The notes: a model not told the origin generated them from the sequence alone. Positions 38,204 to 51,312 are shown, counted from the stretch's first letter. The stretch: DNA of 64,000 bases from Vitrella brassicaformis CCMP3155 (GCA_001179505.1 CDMY01001040.1:1-64000), one strand, 5' to 3'. Numbers and translations: made by a program.

Positions 38204-41200
38204 TCAAGGTTTGGCGTTGACGAGGTGCAGTCCACCACCACCACCACCACCCCGCTGCTTGGCGCCGAATCGAATGGGCTCCTTGCGCGGATCGGGTGTG
38301 TTCTCCGATAGCGACTTGAGGAACTCACACGCCTGCACACACATCCCGCCATCTCTCGCCCCGTCTCCCCGTGTGTGTATCTTATCTGTGGGGGATGGAA
38401 TACGGAGCGGACCTGTGTGTGGGGGTCTTCCCTGGGTGGTGTGGCTTCAGTGGTTGGCACGAGTGGGCTCTGTGAGGCGGTGGAGGTGCTGGAGGCCGAG
38501 GCCGTGCTCTCGTCGCTGTCGTTGGTCCTCTTCTTGGACTGCCGCTGGGGCAGCTGGTCGCACGACGCCGCGTGGGGCACAGTGCCATTCGGCGGGCTGG
38601 TCTGAGTCGCGGCCGTGCCCATTAACGAACGAATCTGACACACACAGACCGACAGACACACAGAGAGGTGTGGAGGTCTTTCTGTGGACGACTGACTGAC
38701 CTTCATCATGAGTGCGGTAGAGTTGTTGGGTATCCTCTGCCCCGATTCCTTGAGCCCCCCCACTCCAACGCCCCTCGAGTAGCCATGCGACCAGGGCGGC
38801 GGCGCGTAGGGCGGCGCCGTCGGCTCTTGGTACGCCCCCACACCTCTCACACCACCATGCCCACCACCATAGTGCATGCCCCCGCCCCTGCCCACCCCGC
38901 CCATCCCCATCCCGGACGATGTGGGTCTGAAGACTGCCGGCTGCATCTGTGCGCCGCCGGCGTTGACGGGGGTGAAGTCGTTGAGGGTGGCCAGAAGACC
39001 TGACACGGCCGGACCGTCCGACCAATTGTTGTGCTGCGGCTGCTGCTGCTGCTGCTGCTGGAGCTGCTGCTGGAGGTGGAGCTGGTGCTGGTGGTGGTGC
39101 TGGTTGTGGTGTGCCGGCATTGAGGGAAATGAGGGGTGGGAGGGGAGGTGCAGGGCCACCTCCGGGGCGCCGCCGCCCCAGGAGCCACTCCCCATGGCGA
39201 CACCAACATCGATGTGCCCCCGGTGGTCTTCCCTGTAGGCCCTTCTGGGCAGCGGCGGCAGCTTCTCCTCTACTGGCGATGCGGGCGAGTCGCGCAGAAA
39301 GTCGAGCAGGCGCGTCTCGATCTGGTCACCGGCAGGCCGCTGTCTGGCCGCCCCGCCACCGTCATTTCCCCTTTCCTCTCTCCCCCCTCCCTCCGTCGTG
39401 TGTGTGTGCACGGGAACGCCCCCGCTCTGCACGAGCTTGAGGAGGGCGTCCTGCATGGCCTCGCTGCGCATGTCTGCCGCTGGTGACGATGATCCGTCGG
39501 GTTTGAGCAGACAGTTGAAGGCTGAGGGCGGGAGTGAGGAGTTCGAGAGGGGGCTGCTGCTTGTGCCAATGGAGTTGTGGTCGTGGAGGGGCTGGGGCTG
39601 GGCGGCGGCCTGGGTAAGGTCGTCCTTGGTCAGTCGGCTGAAACACTGATTGACAGGAAGACAGCAAAGAGAGATCGGGTGGGATGGATGGTCGTGTGTG
39701 TGTGTGCATACCCAGATGGATGAGCTCTGGGCGTCGTTGAGGGCCTGTGCGCAGCTGTAGTGGAGAATCACCTGGGCAGTCGACCCACCACCGCCCTGAA
39801 CTCAACACCATCCATACACACACAACTCACTCAACACGGTCGCTCTCTATCTCGCTCTGCCCGCACTCTGACTCACACGACTCACATTCGATTCGAGAAT
39901 ATAGCTTTCGTTTTTGCACAGCGCCTTTCGCCTGGCGGCCTTGGAGGGCAGCTCCAGGTAGCAGTAGCCGTATGCACGCAACACATTGCACGGGACTATG
40001 CCGGTGCCGCCGCCACGCCTGCCACCCAACACACACACACAGACGGAGAGAGAGAGAGAGAGATGCATCCATCGGGCGTGTGTGTCGCCTCTCTCTCTGT
40101 GGGTCACTTGTGTGCGGGTGTGTTATCTGTGTTGGCGTCGTCGGCTGTGCCGGTGTTGGTGGTGTTGGCGTCTGTGTTGCGCGTGAGGTGTGAGGGGAAG
40201 TTGGGAAAGTAGATGCACGACAGCTGGCAGCCCTCAAACGTGCGAAACACATCCTACACAACACACACCATGCCATGGCATGCAACAGACAGGACAAGAC
40301 AAGAGAAAACGGCGGCATTACAAGACAAGAAGGAGCGGCGCGTTTGTTTCCTTCCTCCCTCCCCTTGTCTGTCCCCGCACTCCCGCACCTCTGGGGATGT
40401 GGTGGCGTTGACGCGCATCTTGAGGTAGCACACCTCCTCGGTGTCGGGGTTGGCTGCTCAAGAGAACCGACGGACACAGTCAGTGAGTAAGTGAGTGAGT
40501 GCCTTGTTAGGTTAGGTAGGTGAATGTTCTGTGGTGGTGTGGTGTGTTGTGTGAGTGTGGCTGGACGGACTTACCAACTTGCACCAGGAGGCGTCTGAGC
40601 ATGGCCTCGAAGACCCACTCCTGCATGCAGTCCCGGCACTCAGCGAGGATCTGACACAAACACACACACACACACACACAGAGACAGATGAAGAGACTTG
40701 CGAATCGCGCCGCCCAGGCCCGCCCAAGACCACTCCACTCTCATCATTCTTACTCACCCGTTCCTTGCCCCGTTTGCTGCACTTGGCTGCCAAGTTGTGG
40801 CTAACGTCGAAGGGGTCCTCCACATACCACTGCTCCCTCGTGCAGCTCACAGCCAACCCAAACTTGTCCACACCCTGCATGTGCTGCACCCTCCCACCAC
40901 TGCCACCACCGCCCACAGCACCGCCACTTCCGCCATTGCTATTGCTATTGTTGTGTCCGCCGCCACCGCTGCTGCTGCTGCTACCGAACAGCAGCCCTCC
41001 CCGTGTGTTGGTATTGGGGTTCTGCTGCTCGTCGGATGAGTCGTCGTTGTCTTCACTCTGTGATGTGTTGCTGAGCGAGGTGTCTGTGGTGCGCCGCTCG
41101 AACCGCTGCGGCAGGGCCAGGCGGATCGAGACGGCGTGCTCCGACCAGTTGAAGACGTGACAGTAGAAGTGACAAAAACCCAGGAACAAGGCTGCACACA

Positions 41201-42590
41201 CATCACATCCATAGCAGCCAGGGGTCTGTTGATGTGATGTGTCCCTCTCTCACTCCACTCACTGTGTGTGGAGAGGGTGTTGGTGGCGGCCTGTGTGGCG
41301 CGGACCCTCTCGACGTTGGCGAAGAACCACACGTCGTGCTCGCCCTCCATCTGACGCTCAAACGAGTCACTGTCACCGTCACGAGCACCACCACCACCAC
41401 CATCAGCACACTTGCTATCGTCGGCTGCGTGTGCGGCCTTGTGAGCCCTGGATGGGCCGCCCCGCCCACTCCAGTAGCCCTCGGCCGCATCCCACTGCTG
41501 CAGATTCGGTAAAATGGGCGGACTAATTGTCTGCGAGAGATGAGAGAGGATACACACACATATGGCAATCAATAGAAGGAGTGTGTGTGTGTGTGGTGGT
41601 AGTGGGGAGAGGTGGGGGAGAGAGCAGGTACCTGTAGGTAGAATATGGCGAGCAGCATGTAGGCGTAGCTGTTGAGGGTGCCGTCGGCACTCCCCACGAT
41701 CTGCCGATCCTTCGCCCACGCCTGCAGCAAGGGACAAAGAAAGAGAAAACAGACGCACAAGCCCATCCATCCATTCATCCATCCATCCATCTGCCCGCCA
41801 TTTGTTGTGTGTTGTGTGTCCCCCCGACCTTGACGAGCCTGCCCAAGTCGCTGACACGTGGGTCGACCTGGGAGTACGTCGCCAGCAGCCGCGAGTTGTG
41901 TACTCCCAGACGGTTCTCCACGCACAAATCTACCTCCAAACCTGATAGATAACAAGCACAACCACACCACAACACACATACCTCTCCCCTTCTCCCCTCC
42001 CCCCTGGCTGCGTCAGGTCCCTGACCGACCGCTTTGCTCATGGGTGATCTTAAGCAGCGGCACCCTGGCCTGGAGGATGCGTGTGAGGTTGGTGAATCCG
42101 TGGGCGGGGCCGTCGTTGCTCTCGAGGTAGTTGGCGATCTTTGTCAGCACCTGGGTCTTGGAGCATGGCGTGGGCGGGGTGGTACGGCTCAGCAACACCA
42201 CATCTACATCGGACGCCTGCAGGCACCAAGGAAGGGGGCACAGCACATCAGGGGACGGGAAGGGTGCTGTGCTGTGCGTGCGTCACGTCATGGATACCCA
42301 CCGAGCTTTTGAATCCGTTGACGAAGGAACCGAACACTTGCACCTCATAGGGGAGGTCCAGCGCTCGCAATATCTGACGCCACACAACACGCACACCATA
42401 TGGATGGCAGAGACCATGAATGACAGCGCCTCCGCGGCTCTCTTCGCGCACACTACGCCCTCTCCCATGCCTCTTCTCCCTCCCCGGGTGACCTGTGCGA
42501 TGGTGTCCTTAATGCCTTCAACCGCCTCATCTTTCTCAGGCCAGGGCTCTCCCTCCTTCGCCAAATAACGACGCAGCAACGCCTCCAGAC

Positions 42591-42621
<31 letters not shown>

Positions 42622-42690
42622 CGTCGTGTGGTGAGGCTCGTCCTGCTGTGGTGGGGCTGCTGCTGCCTCAGTGCTCTCCTCTGTCTCCAT
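38204..42690 (-). CDS. Cid1-family terminal uridylyltransferase with downstream RRM and low-complexity polyQ tail
   Basis: VFGSFVNG..SDVDV, ARVPLLK, EVDLCVENRLGVHNSRLL, LVKAWAK, TLNSYAYMLL, VEDPFDVSHNLA; then DVFRTF..IYFP and RNP1-like AYGYCYLEL. Confidence 0.85.
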
Positions 42691-42918
42691 CACAAACTAG
42701 CGACTGATGAAGGGGCGCCGGCGCATGGGCGGCGGCTCAGCTGCCTTGGAGAGCATCGACGGGCATTCAGCCGACGAACGGAGGGAGGGAGGGATGGCAC
42801 GGGCCTGACGATGATTGATCACCAGAGCGGAGAGTGGGCAGGAACAAACCAGGGCGTTGAATGCGAAGAAGCGAAGGCAGCAGCACTGAACCTCTCCTCC
42901 CTTTTTCTCCCCTCCCCT

Positions 42919-42926
42919 TGCGAGCT
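42919..42926 (-). promoter_or_regulatory. AGCTCGCA candidate promoter motif
   Basis: Between the TUTase (-) and Nudix (+) genes. Confidence 0.65.
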
Positions 42927-43067
42927 CAAAGCCTCAGCCTCTGATCTTCTCTCGCCTTTTCCAGGCGTCTGCAGCTTGTGTCTGTGAGGTGCGGCTGTGC
43001 AAGGAGTACGGTGGTGAGGTCGTTGCTGGAGCTGGATGCCCTTCAGCACCACTACCACTCGATTAGC

Positions 43068-44324
43068 ATGACGCCGTCCCTCACGCTCCCCCTGTGGCGC
43101 CGCAGCCCCTCCCTCCGCCTCATCACGCTGCGGCTGATCAGATCGCTCCTCGACCTCAACGCCACCCAGACAACGCCCCTCTTCACGCAGAGCATCGTTC
43201 CTGCCCTTGCAAGGGAATCTCTCACCAAAGGTGAGGGAAGCAGCCTGAGGGGAGACAGACAGTGGCGGCGGAATGCTGACGCTCCCTCTGCGTGTTGTGG
43301 TCTTGGCGTTGGGTGCAGGCATGTATCCGTCATATGCGCGGGCGGCGGTGTCGGTGGCTGTGTGCAAGGAGACGGGCGTCGTGGGGCGACGGCCGGAGTA
43401 TCTGCTTATCCGCAGGGGCAAGGAGCCCAGCAAGGGCAAGGTGAGTGAGATGGACGCCGGACACCAGAGAGAGCGGCAGGCAGCGAGGCAACCGGCGTGT
43501 TGCACTGTGCGTTGGTCGTCTTGTTCAGTGGTCATTGCCCGGCGGGAAGATTGACCTGGGCGAGACGACTTTGGAGGCGGCTGCGAGAGAGCTCAAGGAG
43601 GAGACTGCACTCAACAGCACCGGTCGGCAACACACCACACACACCGAGGTCGCTTCACCACTCGACTCTGTCTCTCTGTTCTGCGGTTGTTGGCTACGTA
43701 CAGATGTGAAGCTGTATCCTGATTCGTTCTACTCGAGTGACGCCATCTGCTTCGACAGCCGCCACAGGTGCAAGTACCACTACCTCATCTCCACGGTAAC
43801 CAACCAACACACACACTCACACACAAAACAATACAACTGCTCCCTCCCTGCAAACCATGAGTATTCTTGTCTTGTCTCTGTTCCAGTTCTACGGCTGGGC
43901 TTCCCGCGACGCCAAGCCCAGGCCCATGGACGATGCGCTCGAGGCCGCATGGTTCACCAAGGCCGCTCTTGACGACCTCCACAAACACGGCATGGTGGAC
44001 GAGGCCGTCATCCACGCCATCGAGAGAGGCGAGAAGCTCCGCCAGTCCGGATGCCTCGACCGGTCCCGCGCAGTCGCCGTCGAGCCCACCTCCAGCCATG
44101 CAGAGACCCCGACTGACCCCAAGGGCGCAGATGAGACGGCAGCACCTTTATCACTCTTCTGGCGGTCACCTGAGCGATGGCGGGCGGCGTTTCGACACCA
44201 GCAACGCGCAAGCCGACGGCAGAGTAGCAATGGAAAGAGGGTGTCTAGTGACAATGACAATGGGACGATTTTTTGGGGGGGCAGCAATCAGGGGAGGCGG
44301 CAATCACAGCTGTACACGTACTGA
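43068..44324 (+). CDS. Nudix hydrolase with possible mitochondrial presequence
   Basis: YLLIRRGKEPSKGK|WSLPGGKIDLGETTLEAAARELKEETAL (complete Nudix box), YHYLI, DDALEAAWF. Start MTPSL at 43068 inferred. Confidence 0.85.
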
Positions 44325-45813
44325 GTGAGAACACACAGGGGTCGGGTCGCATTTCTCGTGTGCCGTGTGGGTGGTGTGGTGAGCAGCGGTCCCTCGCTAC
44401 CGAAGGGCGAGGATCCGCTCTCGCCAACGCAATCCCGCAGTTCATGAGAAGTGCACCCTGACGGGATGGAAGGGGAGGGGTTTCGTGTTCTTGTGCTGTG
44501 CAGTGGCGCTGTATGTATGGTTGTGTCTATGTGTGTATGTGTGATGTGTGTGTATGCGGGAGCATGCAATGTGGCGCAATGGGTAGGGCTTTGCTCTGTA
44601 TCTACCTGATGCTGGGGAGGGCCTGCGGGTTATTGGGCCACGTCGGCAGACAGCGGAGGGAGGGAGGGAGGGAGAGCGGGTCATGGCCTTTTCTGTACGT
44701 ATGGCTGTCTGTCTGTCTGTCTGTCTGTCGTATGTCGGTCTTCCTTCCTTTCTCCCTCTCTGCCCGTTTTGCTCTTCCAATTTTGCGGCGGTCGTTGCCT
44801 CATGGGATGAGGGCAGGGAGGGAAGAAGGAATGACACGACACGACCACTGCTGCCTTCTCTCCCTCCCTCACCCTCTCACTCGCTCGTTCTCTCTCACCC
44901 CCTCCCTCCCTCACGGTCTTGTGTGTACAGCAGTCAGTCATTCAGTTACAGTCAGCCGGAAAATTGAAGGGAGAGAGGGCCTTGGCCCACCATGGCATGC
45001 GAGGCATGCACACACAGACAGCTAGGCAGAAAGGGCCAGACAAGACACGAATGGTGTTGAATGGTATGTATGGTGCAGATGGATGGATGGGTTGTGTGCA
45101 CATTATTACTGCTACGGGCGGGCGCGCTGGCTGGCTGGCTGGCGGCATTTAGTCGGCTGTCGCACTGTATTGCTACTGCGTGAGTCGGTAGTCGATGCAC
45201 GTGGCCTCTGTGAATTGATTCAATGAAGGATGAATTGCCTTATTGCCTTGATGGATGGATGGATGGATCAAGCCTCAAGCCATCACGGGCTTGCTAGCCA
45301 GCTTTTTCCAGTGCTGTCGTGTGGTCAGCGTCCTACTGGTGGGACGGCTGGTCGTTGTTGACGTGTGTAGCGCTTGTTGGGTCGGGGAACGCACGCGACC
45401 AGGAACCGTTTCTTTCATCTAATGCAAGGCACTCGGCGGTTCACACAATGAAGGTCCCAAACGATGGTCAACCCACACGCGCGTCGCGACTCTGCACGGG
45501 CAAATACGTACTGTACCCTCACAGAAGTCATATACAGCACTGATCAACATCGATAGACCACCAACCCCTTCCGCAGCACGTCAAGTCTCCCTAACTGTAA
45601 CTATAATCACACTGTCCTACTTCTCTCCGGTGTTGCCGCATTCCACCACAGTAGCTGTACAATAGGCGCGCCTGCTGCGAACAGGTGGGCTGAGACTCTT
45701 GTGCTGAAGCGAGAAAAAGAAAACGCTCGGCCGAGACGCCCCCAAGCTCGATTCTCGACCCGAGACGGGACACACGAAATAAAAAAAACTATTTGCAAGG
45801 TCCTACCCAAGAA

Positions 45814-48800
45814 TATGGTGGCGCTCTATCATTCGGGTTCAAGAAAGCACATGAGCAGGACGTCGCGACCGTCGCGCGTCCGTCGCGTCGACGGCAGCTC
45901 CCCCCGGCTCTCGTCCAGTCTGCTGCTGCAGCGGACGAAGAGCCTGGACGACATCCCCGAGGTCTCATCGGGGGAGACCTCGGAGGTGGACGTCCAGGAC
46001 AGGGGCGGTCCACTGCCTGAGTGGGCCGAGCGAGGTCAGAGAGAAGGGAAATGAGGCAGAGAGGGAGAGATGAAATAGACTTGGATAGATGATTCTGTCT
46101 TTGTTCATTCCTACAGACATCGAGAACGGCTTCGCCCAGTGGATCAGTGTTATGCCGGAGGAGACGGAGGAGTGGGCGCGGCGAGGTAAGAGGGACGGAA
46201 ATCTGTCTGCACACACGAGGAGAGACACAGACTTGGATGATGGACGGGCGCACAAAGACGTCTTCTTTGTTTCTGCCTGTTCGATACAGACTTGCTGAGG
46301 AGCATCGGGGCGTGGATCGATCAGGGGATCGACGAGGAGGAAGGTAAGGAAGGAGAGTGACACTCACTGGTGGTGCATGTGTTATTCATCGCTGTATGTA
46401 TGTGTTGATTGGCTCTGTGTGCTGTGCTGTATGCAGAGCCAGGGGGGCTGACCTCGGGGGTNNNNNNNNNNNNNNNNNNNNNNNNNNNNNNNNNNNNNNN
46501 NNNNNNNNNNNNNNNNNNNNNNNNNNNNNNNNNNNNNNNNNNNNNNNNNNNNNNNNNNNNNNNNNNNNNNNNNNNNNNNNNNNNNNNNNNNNNNNNNNNN
46601 NNNNNNNNNNNNNNNNNNNNNNNNNNNNNNNNNNNNNNNNNNNNNNNNNNNNNNNNNNNNNNNNNNNNNNNNNNNNNNNNNNNNNNNNNNNNNNNNNNNN
46701 NNNNNNNNNNNNNNNNNNNNNNNNNNNNNNNNNNNNNNNNNNNNNNNNNNNNNNNNNNNNNGTGTGCTGTGCTGTATGCAGAGCCAGGGGGGCTGACCTC
46801 GGGGGTGGACCTCCGTGACATGCACGCTCTGCTGTCAGAGCTGGGCGAGCGAGGTCAGGGAACGGGAAGGAGGGAGAGACAGAGAGATGAGATAGATCAA
46901 GTTGGATGATTCCGTCCCTGTCTGTTCATCGCTACAGAAATCGAGAGCTGCTGCCGCCTGTCGATCGAGGACCGTCTTGAGAAGACGGACGAGTGGACGG
47001 AGCGCGGTGAGAAAGGCGACTACTTATCAGTACACACGGAGAGACACGGAGAGAGACAGAGACTTGAAGGACGCACGAAGTTGTTTTCCTTGTTCCTGCC
47101 TGTTCATCGCAGCACTCACCACGCACAGCCTCGAGCTGTGGATCGACGAGGGGATCGACGACGACGCCAGGGGTGATGGCATGACAGATGAACAGTGATG
47201 GGCTGAGTAGGGCAAGGAACAATGCATCCAATCATGTGGCCAATAATGTGGTGTTCTCTTTGCCTGCAGCTTCACAGCACCCGCCCAAGGCCACCCCCAC
47301 GCCGGCACGACTTCTGCCCCCGCACCGCCGCTCGAAGGAGGACGACGACATCACCACCAAGACATACCGCCGCGAGGAAGGGAATGGAGGCAGAGAGAGA
47401 GAGAGAGAGAGAGGGAGAGATGAAGTAGACTTGGATGGATGGTTCTGTCTTTGTTAGTTCCTACAGACATCGAGAAGGGCTGCGGCCAATACGGCATCGA
47501 CGACATGCCCGAGGAGACGGAGGAGTGGGTGAAGCGGGGTGAGAGAGAGACGGACATATGTCTGCTCACACGAAGAGAGACAGACTTGGATGATGGACGG
47601 GCGCACAAAGCCGTCTTCTTTGTTTCTACCTGTTCGATACAGACATGCTGAGGAGCATCGGGGCGTGGATCGATGAGGGGGTCGACGAGAAGGAGGAAGG
47701 TAAGGAGAGTGACACTCACTGAGTCACTGCCGCCCGTCTTCCTTGTTTCTGCCTGTTCGTTACAGCGCTCACCAGCAGCATCGGGCCGTGGCTGGAATCC
47801 GATTCGCCGCTCGACGAGGAGGAGGGTGAGGAGAGTGACACTCGCTGGCGGTGCGTGTAGTAGTTCACCGCTGTATGTATGTGTTGATTGACTGTGTCTG
47901 TGCTGTGCTGTATGCAGAGCCTGTCAAGCCCCCACCCAAGAGCAGCCCCACGCCAGCCAGAGTGCTGTCCCCCCTCCGACGCNNNNNNNNNNNNNNNNNN
48001 NNNNNNNNNNNNNNNNNNNNNNNNNNNNNNNNNNNNNNNNNNNNNNNNNNNNNNNNNNNNNNNNNNNNNNNNNNNNNNNNNNNNNNNNNNNNNNNNNNNN
48101 NNNNNNNNNNNNNNNNNNNNNNNNNNNNNNNNNNNNNNNNNNNNNNNNNNNNNNNNNNNNNNNNNNNNNNNNNNNNNNNNNNNNNNNNNNNNNNNNNNNN
48201 NNNNNNNNNNNNNNNNNNNNNNNNNNNNNNNNNNNNNNNNNNNNNNNNNNNNNNNNNNNNNNNNNNNNNNNNNNNNNNNNNNGACCTCCGTGACATGCAC
48301 GCTCTGCTGTCAGAGCTGGGCGAGCGAGGTCAGGGAACGGGAAGGAGGGAGAGACAGAGAGATGAGATAGATCAAGTTGGATGATTCCGTCCCTGTCTGT
48401 TCATCGCTACAGAAATCGAGAGCTGCTGCCGCCTGTCGATCGAGGACCGTCTTGAGAAGACGGACGAGTGGACGGAGCGCGGTGAGAAAGGCGACTACTT
48501 ATCAGTACACACGGAGAGACACGGAGAGAGACAGAGACTTGAAGGACGCACGAAGTTGTTTTCCTTGTTCCTGCCTGTTCATCGCAGCACTCACCACGCA
48601 CAGCCTCGAGCTGTGGATCGACGAGGGGATCGACGACGACGCCAGAGGTGATGGCATGACAGATGAACAGTGATGGGCTGAGTAGGGCAAGGAACAATGC
48701 ATCCAATCATGTGGCCAATAATGTGGTGTCTTCTTTGCCTGCAGCTTCACAGCACCCGCCCAAGGCCACCCCCACGCCGGCACGACTTCTGCCCCCGCAC

Positions 48801-49659
48801 CGCCGCTCGAAGGAGGACGACGACATCACCTACAAGACATACCGCCGCGAGGAAGGGAATGGAGGCAGAGAGAGAGAGAGAGAGAGAGGGAAAGATGAAA
48901 TAGACTTGGATGGATGGTTCTGTCTTTCTTCATTCCTACAGACATCGAGAACGGCTTCGCCCAGTGGATCGATGTTATGCCGGAGGAGACGGAGGGGTGG
49001 GTGCGGCGAGGTAAGAGGGACGGAAATCTGTTTGCACACACGAGGAGAGACACAGACTTGGATGATGGACGGGCGCACAAAGACGTCTTCTTTGTTTCTG
49101 CCTGTTCGATACAGACATGCTGAGGAGCATCGGGGCGTGGATCGATGAGGGGGTCGACGAGGAGGAAGGTAAGGAAGGAGAGTGACACTCACTGAGTCAC
49201 TGCCGCCCGTCTTCCTTGTTTCTGCCTGTTCGTTACAGCGCTCACCAGCAGCATCGGGCCGTGGCTGGAATCCGATTCGCCGCTCGACGAGGAGGAGGGT
49301 GAGGAGAGTGACACTCGCTGGCGGTGCGTGTAGTAGTTCACCGCTGTATGTATGTGTTGATTGACTGTGTCTGTGCTGTGCTGTATGCAGAGCCTGTCAA
49401 GCCCCCACCCAAGAGCAGCCCCACGCCAGCCAGAGTGCTGTCCCCCCTCCGACGCACCAAGGAGGACGAAGGCATCACCTACACGACCTATCCCCAGGAG
49501 ATCAAGACATGGTGGAATCGACTGCGGCGGGCGTTTCGGGTGGGGTGCGCCTCATGCGGCGGAAGAAAGCCGCCCCGCCCTCAACTCCTCACCGCCAAGG
49601 TGCGCCGGCAAGTCCATACAACGGAGCGGTGCCCGGGTCTTCTGAAGACTCCATGGTGA
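45814..49659 (+). CDS. Unknown repeat protein, expanded copy, built from tandem 54-72 nt phase-1 exons (two N gaps inside)
   Basis: First exon ends at 46034 (phase 1). Internal exons 46117-46185, 46290-46343, 46782-46853, 46938-47006, 47113-47172, 47467-47538, 47643-47699, 47766-47825 and further copies after 48283. Terminal exon encodes WWNRLRRAFRVGCASCG. Confidence 0.6.
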
Positions 49660-49944
49660 TGGGCGCGGGAGATTGAGGGAGGGAGGGAGGGAGGGAGGGG
49701 AGGGAGGGGAGGGAGGGGGGTCCAGTGGATTCATTGTTGCCTACATTTTATATTGTTGTCCGTGTCTCTTCTGAGCCTGTCTGTGTGTGGAAACACAAGA
49801 CAAACGATCGACATATACAGTCAATAGTCAACACATAGGCAGAGACAGGTGCTATCGGCCACTGCTCACTCTGTACCTCCGGGATAAGCGTGAAAAAGAG
49901 CTGTGCTGGCATCCTCGTTTACGCCAGCTGGGCCAACGGCCATG

Positions 49945-50340
49945 CGCATCTTGCTGGCTCTCTTCTATGTGGCCATGATGCACCACAGCGGCGTGCTGTC
50001 GGCGAGGCGAGGGATGGGTGGGGCTGTCAGGGGTCTCGTGCTGCCCAAGACAGTCAAAGTGTGGGGCATTGTAGTGCTCTCCAGGCTTGTGTGTGAGGCG
50101 GCCATTGCGTGGGGGATGGAGGGGGGAATGCGGGCGGCACTGCTCGTCAGAAGTGATGCAGAGTTGGTGGCGCATCTGTCACCACCATGTGGGGTGTGGC
50201 CTTGCGTGAGGCGATGATGGCTGCATGTGTGAGCGGTGTTGTGTTCGTGCTGACCTATAGGGATGTATACCGGTCTGTGAGGGAGGTGAAAGACAACATC
50301 GAGAGGGACAGGACGGCGGCAATGAAAAAACAAACGTGAT
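49945..50340 (+). pseudogene. Hydrophobic multi-TM-like ORF remnant, copy 1 (frameshifted)
   Basis: MRILLALFYVAMM..VWGIVVLSRLVCEAAIAWG..; the frame breaks near 50190 before AMMAACVSGVVFVLTYRDVY..KKQT*. Confidence 0.4.
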
Positions 50341-50907
50341 CACTGGCAGCAATTCATGACTCAGTCATTGCTGCGAGCTCGTGGGGGCGCTGGGGGCGAG
50401 GAGACTGCGAAAGAGGTGAGCCACCAGTCCATCCGACGCCACGACAGTGGATCCCTCCATCTATCCAGTCATCTCCTCCNNNNNNNNNNNNNNNNNNNNN
50501 NNNNNNNNNNNNNNNNNNNNNNNNNNNNNNNNNNNNNNNNNNNNNNNNNNNNNNNNNNNNNNNNNNNNNNNNNNNNNNNNNNNNNNNNNNNNNNNNNNNN
50601 NNNNNNNNNNNNNNNNNNNNNNNNNNNNNNNNNNNNNNNNNNNNNNNNNNNNNNNNNNNNNNNNNNNNNNNNNNNNNNNNNNNNNNNNNNNNNNNNNNNN
50701 NNNNNNNNNNNNNNNNNNNNNNNNNNNNNNNNNNNNNNNNNNNNNNNNNNNNNNNNNNNNNNNNNNNNNNNNNNNNNNNATATTGTTGTCGGTGTCTCTT
50801 CTGAGCCTGTCTGTGTGTGGAAACACAAGACAAACGATCGACATATACAGTCAATAGTCAACACATAGGCAGAGACAGGTGCTATCGGCCACATGGGCCA
50901 ACGGCCA

Positions 50908-51312
50908 TGCGCATCTTGCTGGCTCTCTTCTATGTGGCCATGATGCACCACAGCGGCGTGCTGTCGGCGAGGCGAGGGATGGGTGGGGCTGTCAGGGGTC
51001 TCGTGTTGCCCAAGACAGTCAAAGTGTGGGGTATTGTAGTGCTGGCCAGGCTCGTGTGTGAGGCGGCCATTGCGTTGGGCATGGAGGCGGGAATGAGGGC
51101 GGCACTGCTCCTCAGCCGTGACGCGGCAGACGGTGGCGCATCTGGCACCACCATGGGGGTGTGGGGGTGTGGCCTTGCGTGAGGCGATGATGGCTGCATG
51201 TGTGAGCGGTGTTGTGTTCGTGCTGACCTATAGGGATGTATACCGGTCTGTGAGGGAGGTGAAAGACAACATCGAGAGGGACAGGACGGCGGCAATGAAA
51301 AAACAAACGTGA
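50908..51312 (+). pseudogene. Hydrophobic multi-TM-like ORF remnant, copy 2 (different frameshift)
   Basis: Near-identical to 49945-50340 with a +1 nt shift near 51125-51131. Confidence 0.4.

Noticed and set aside
44330-45800. 1.4-kb gene-free stretch
   Set aside because: No consistent exon chain or coding bias; no terminal repeats suggesting a transposon.
46422-46806. Identical 40-nt sequences on both sides of the N gap, and the near-identical 990-bp duplicate around 52399-52698
   Set aside because: Typical overlap of contig ends at placeholder gaps; may be artefactual, so not counted as independent gene copies.
45800-49500. Repeat/variable-segment pattern resembling a CRISPR array
   Set aside because: The repeats are spliceosomal introns and the variable parts are related coding exons; no cas genes; eukaryotic context.
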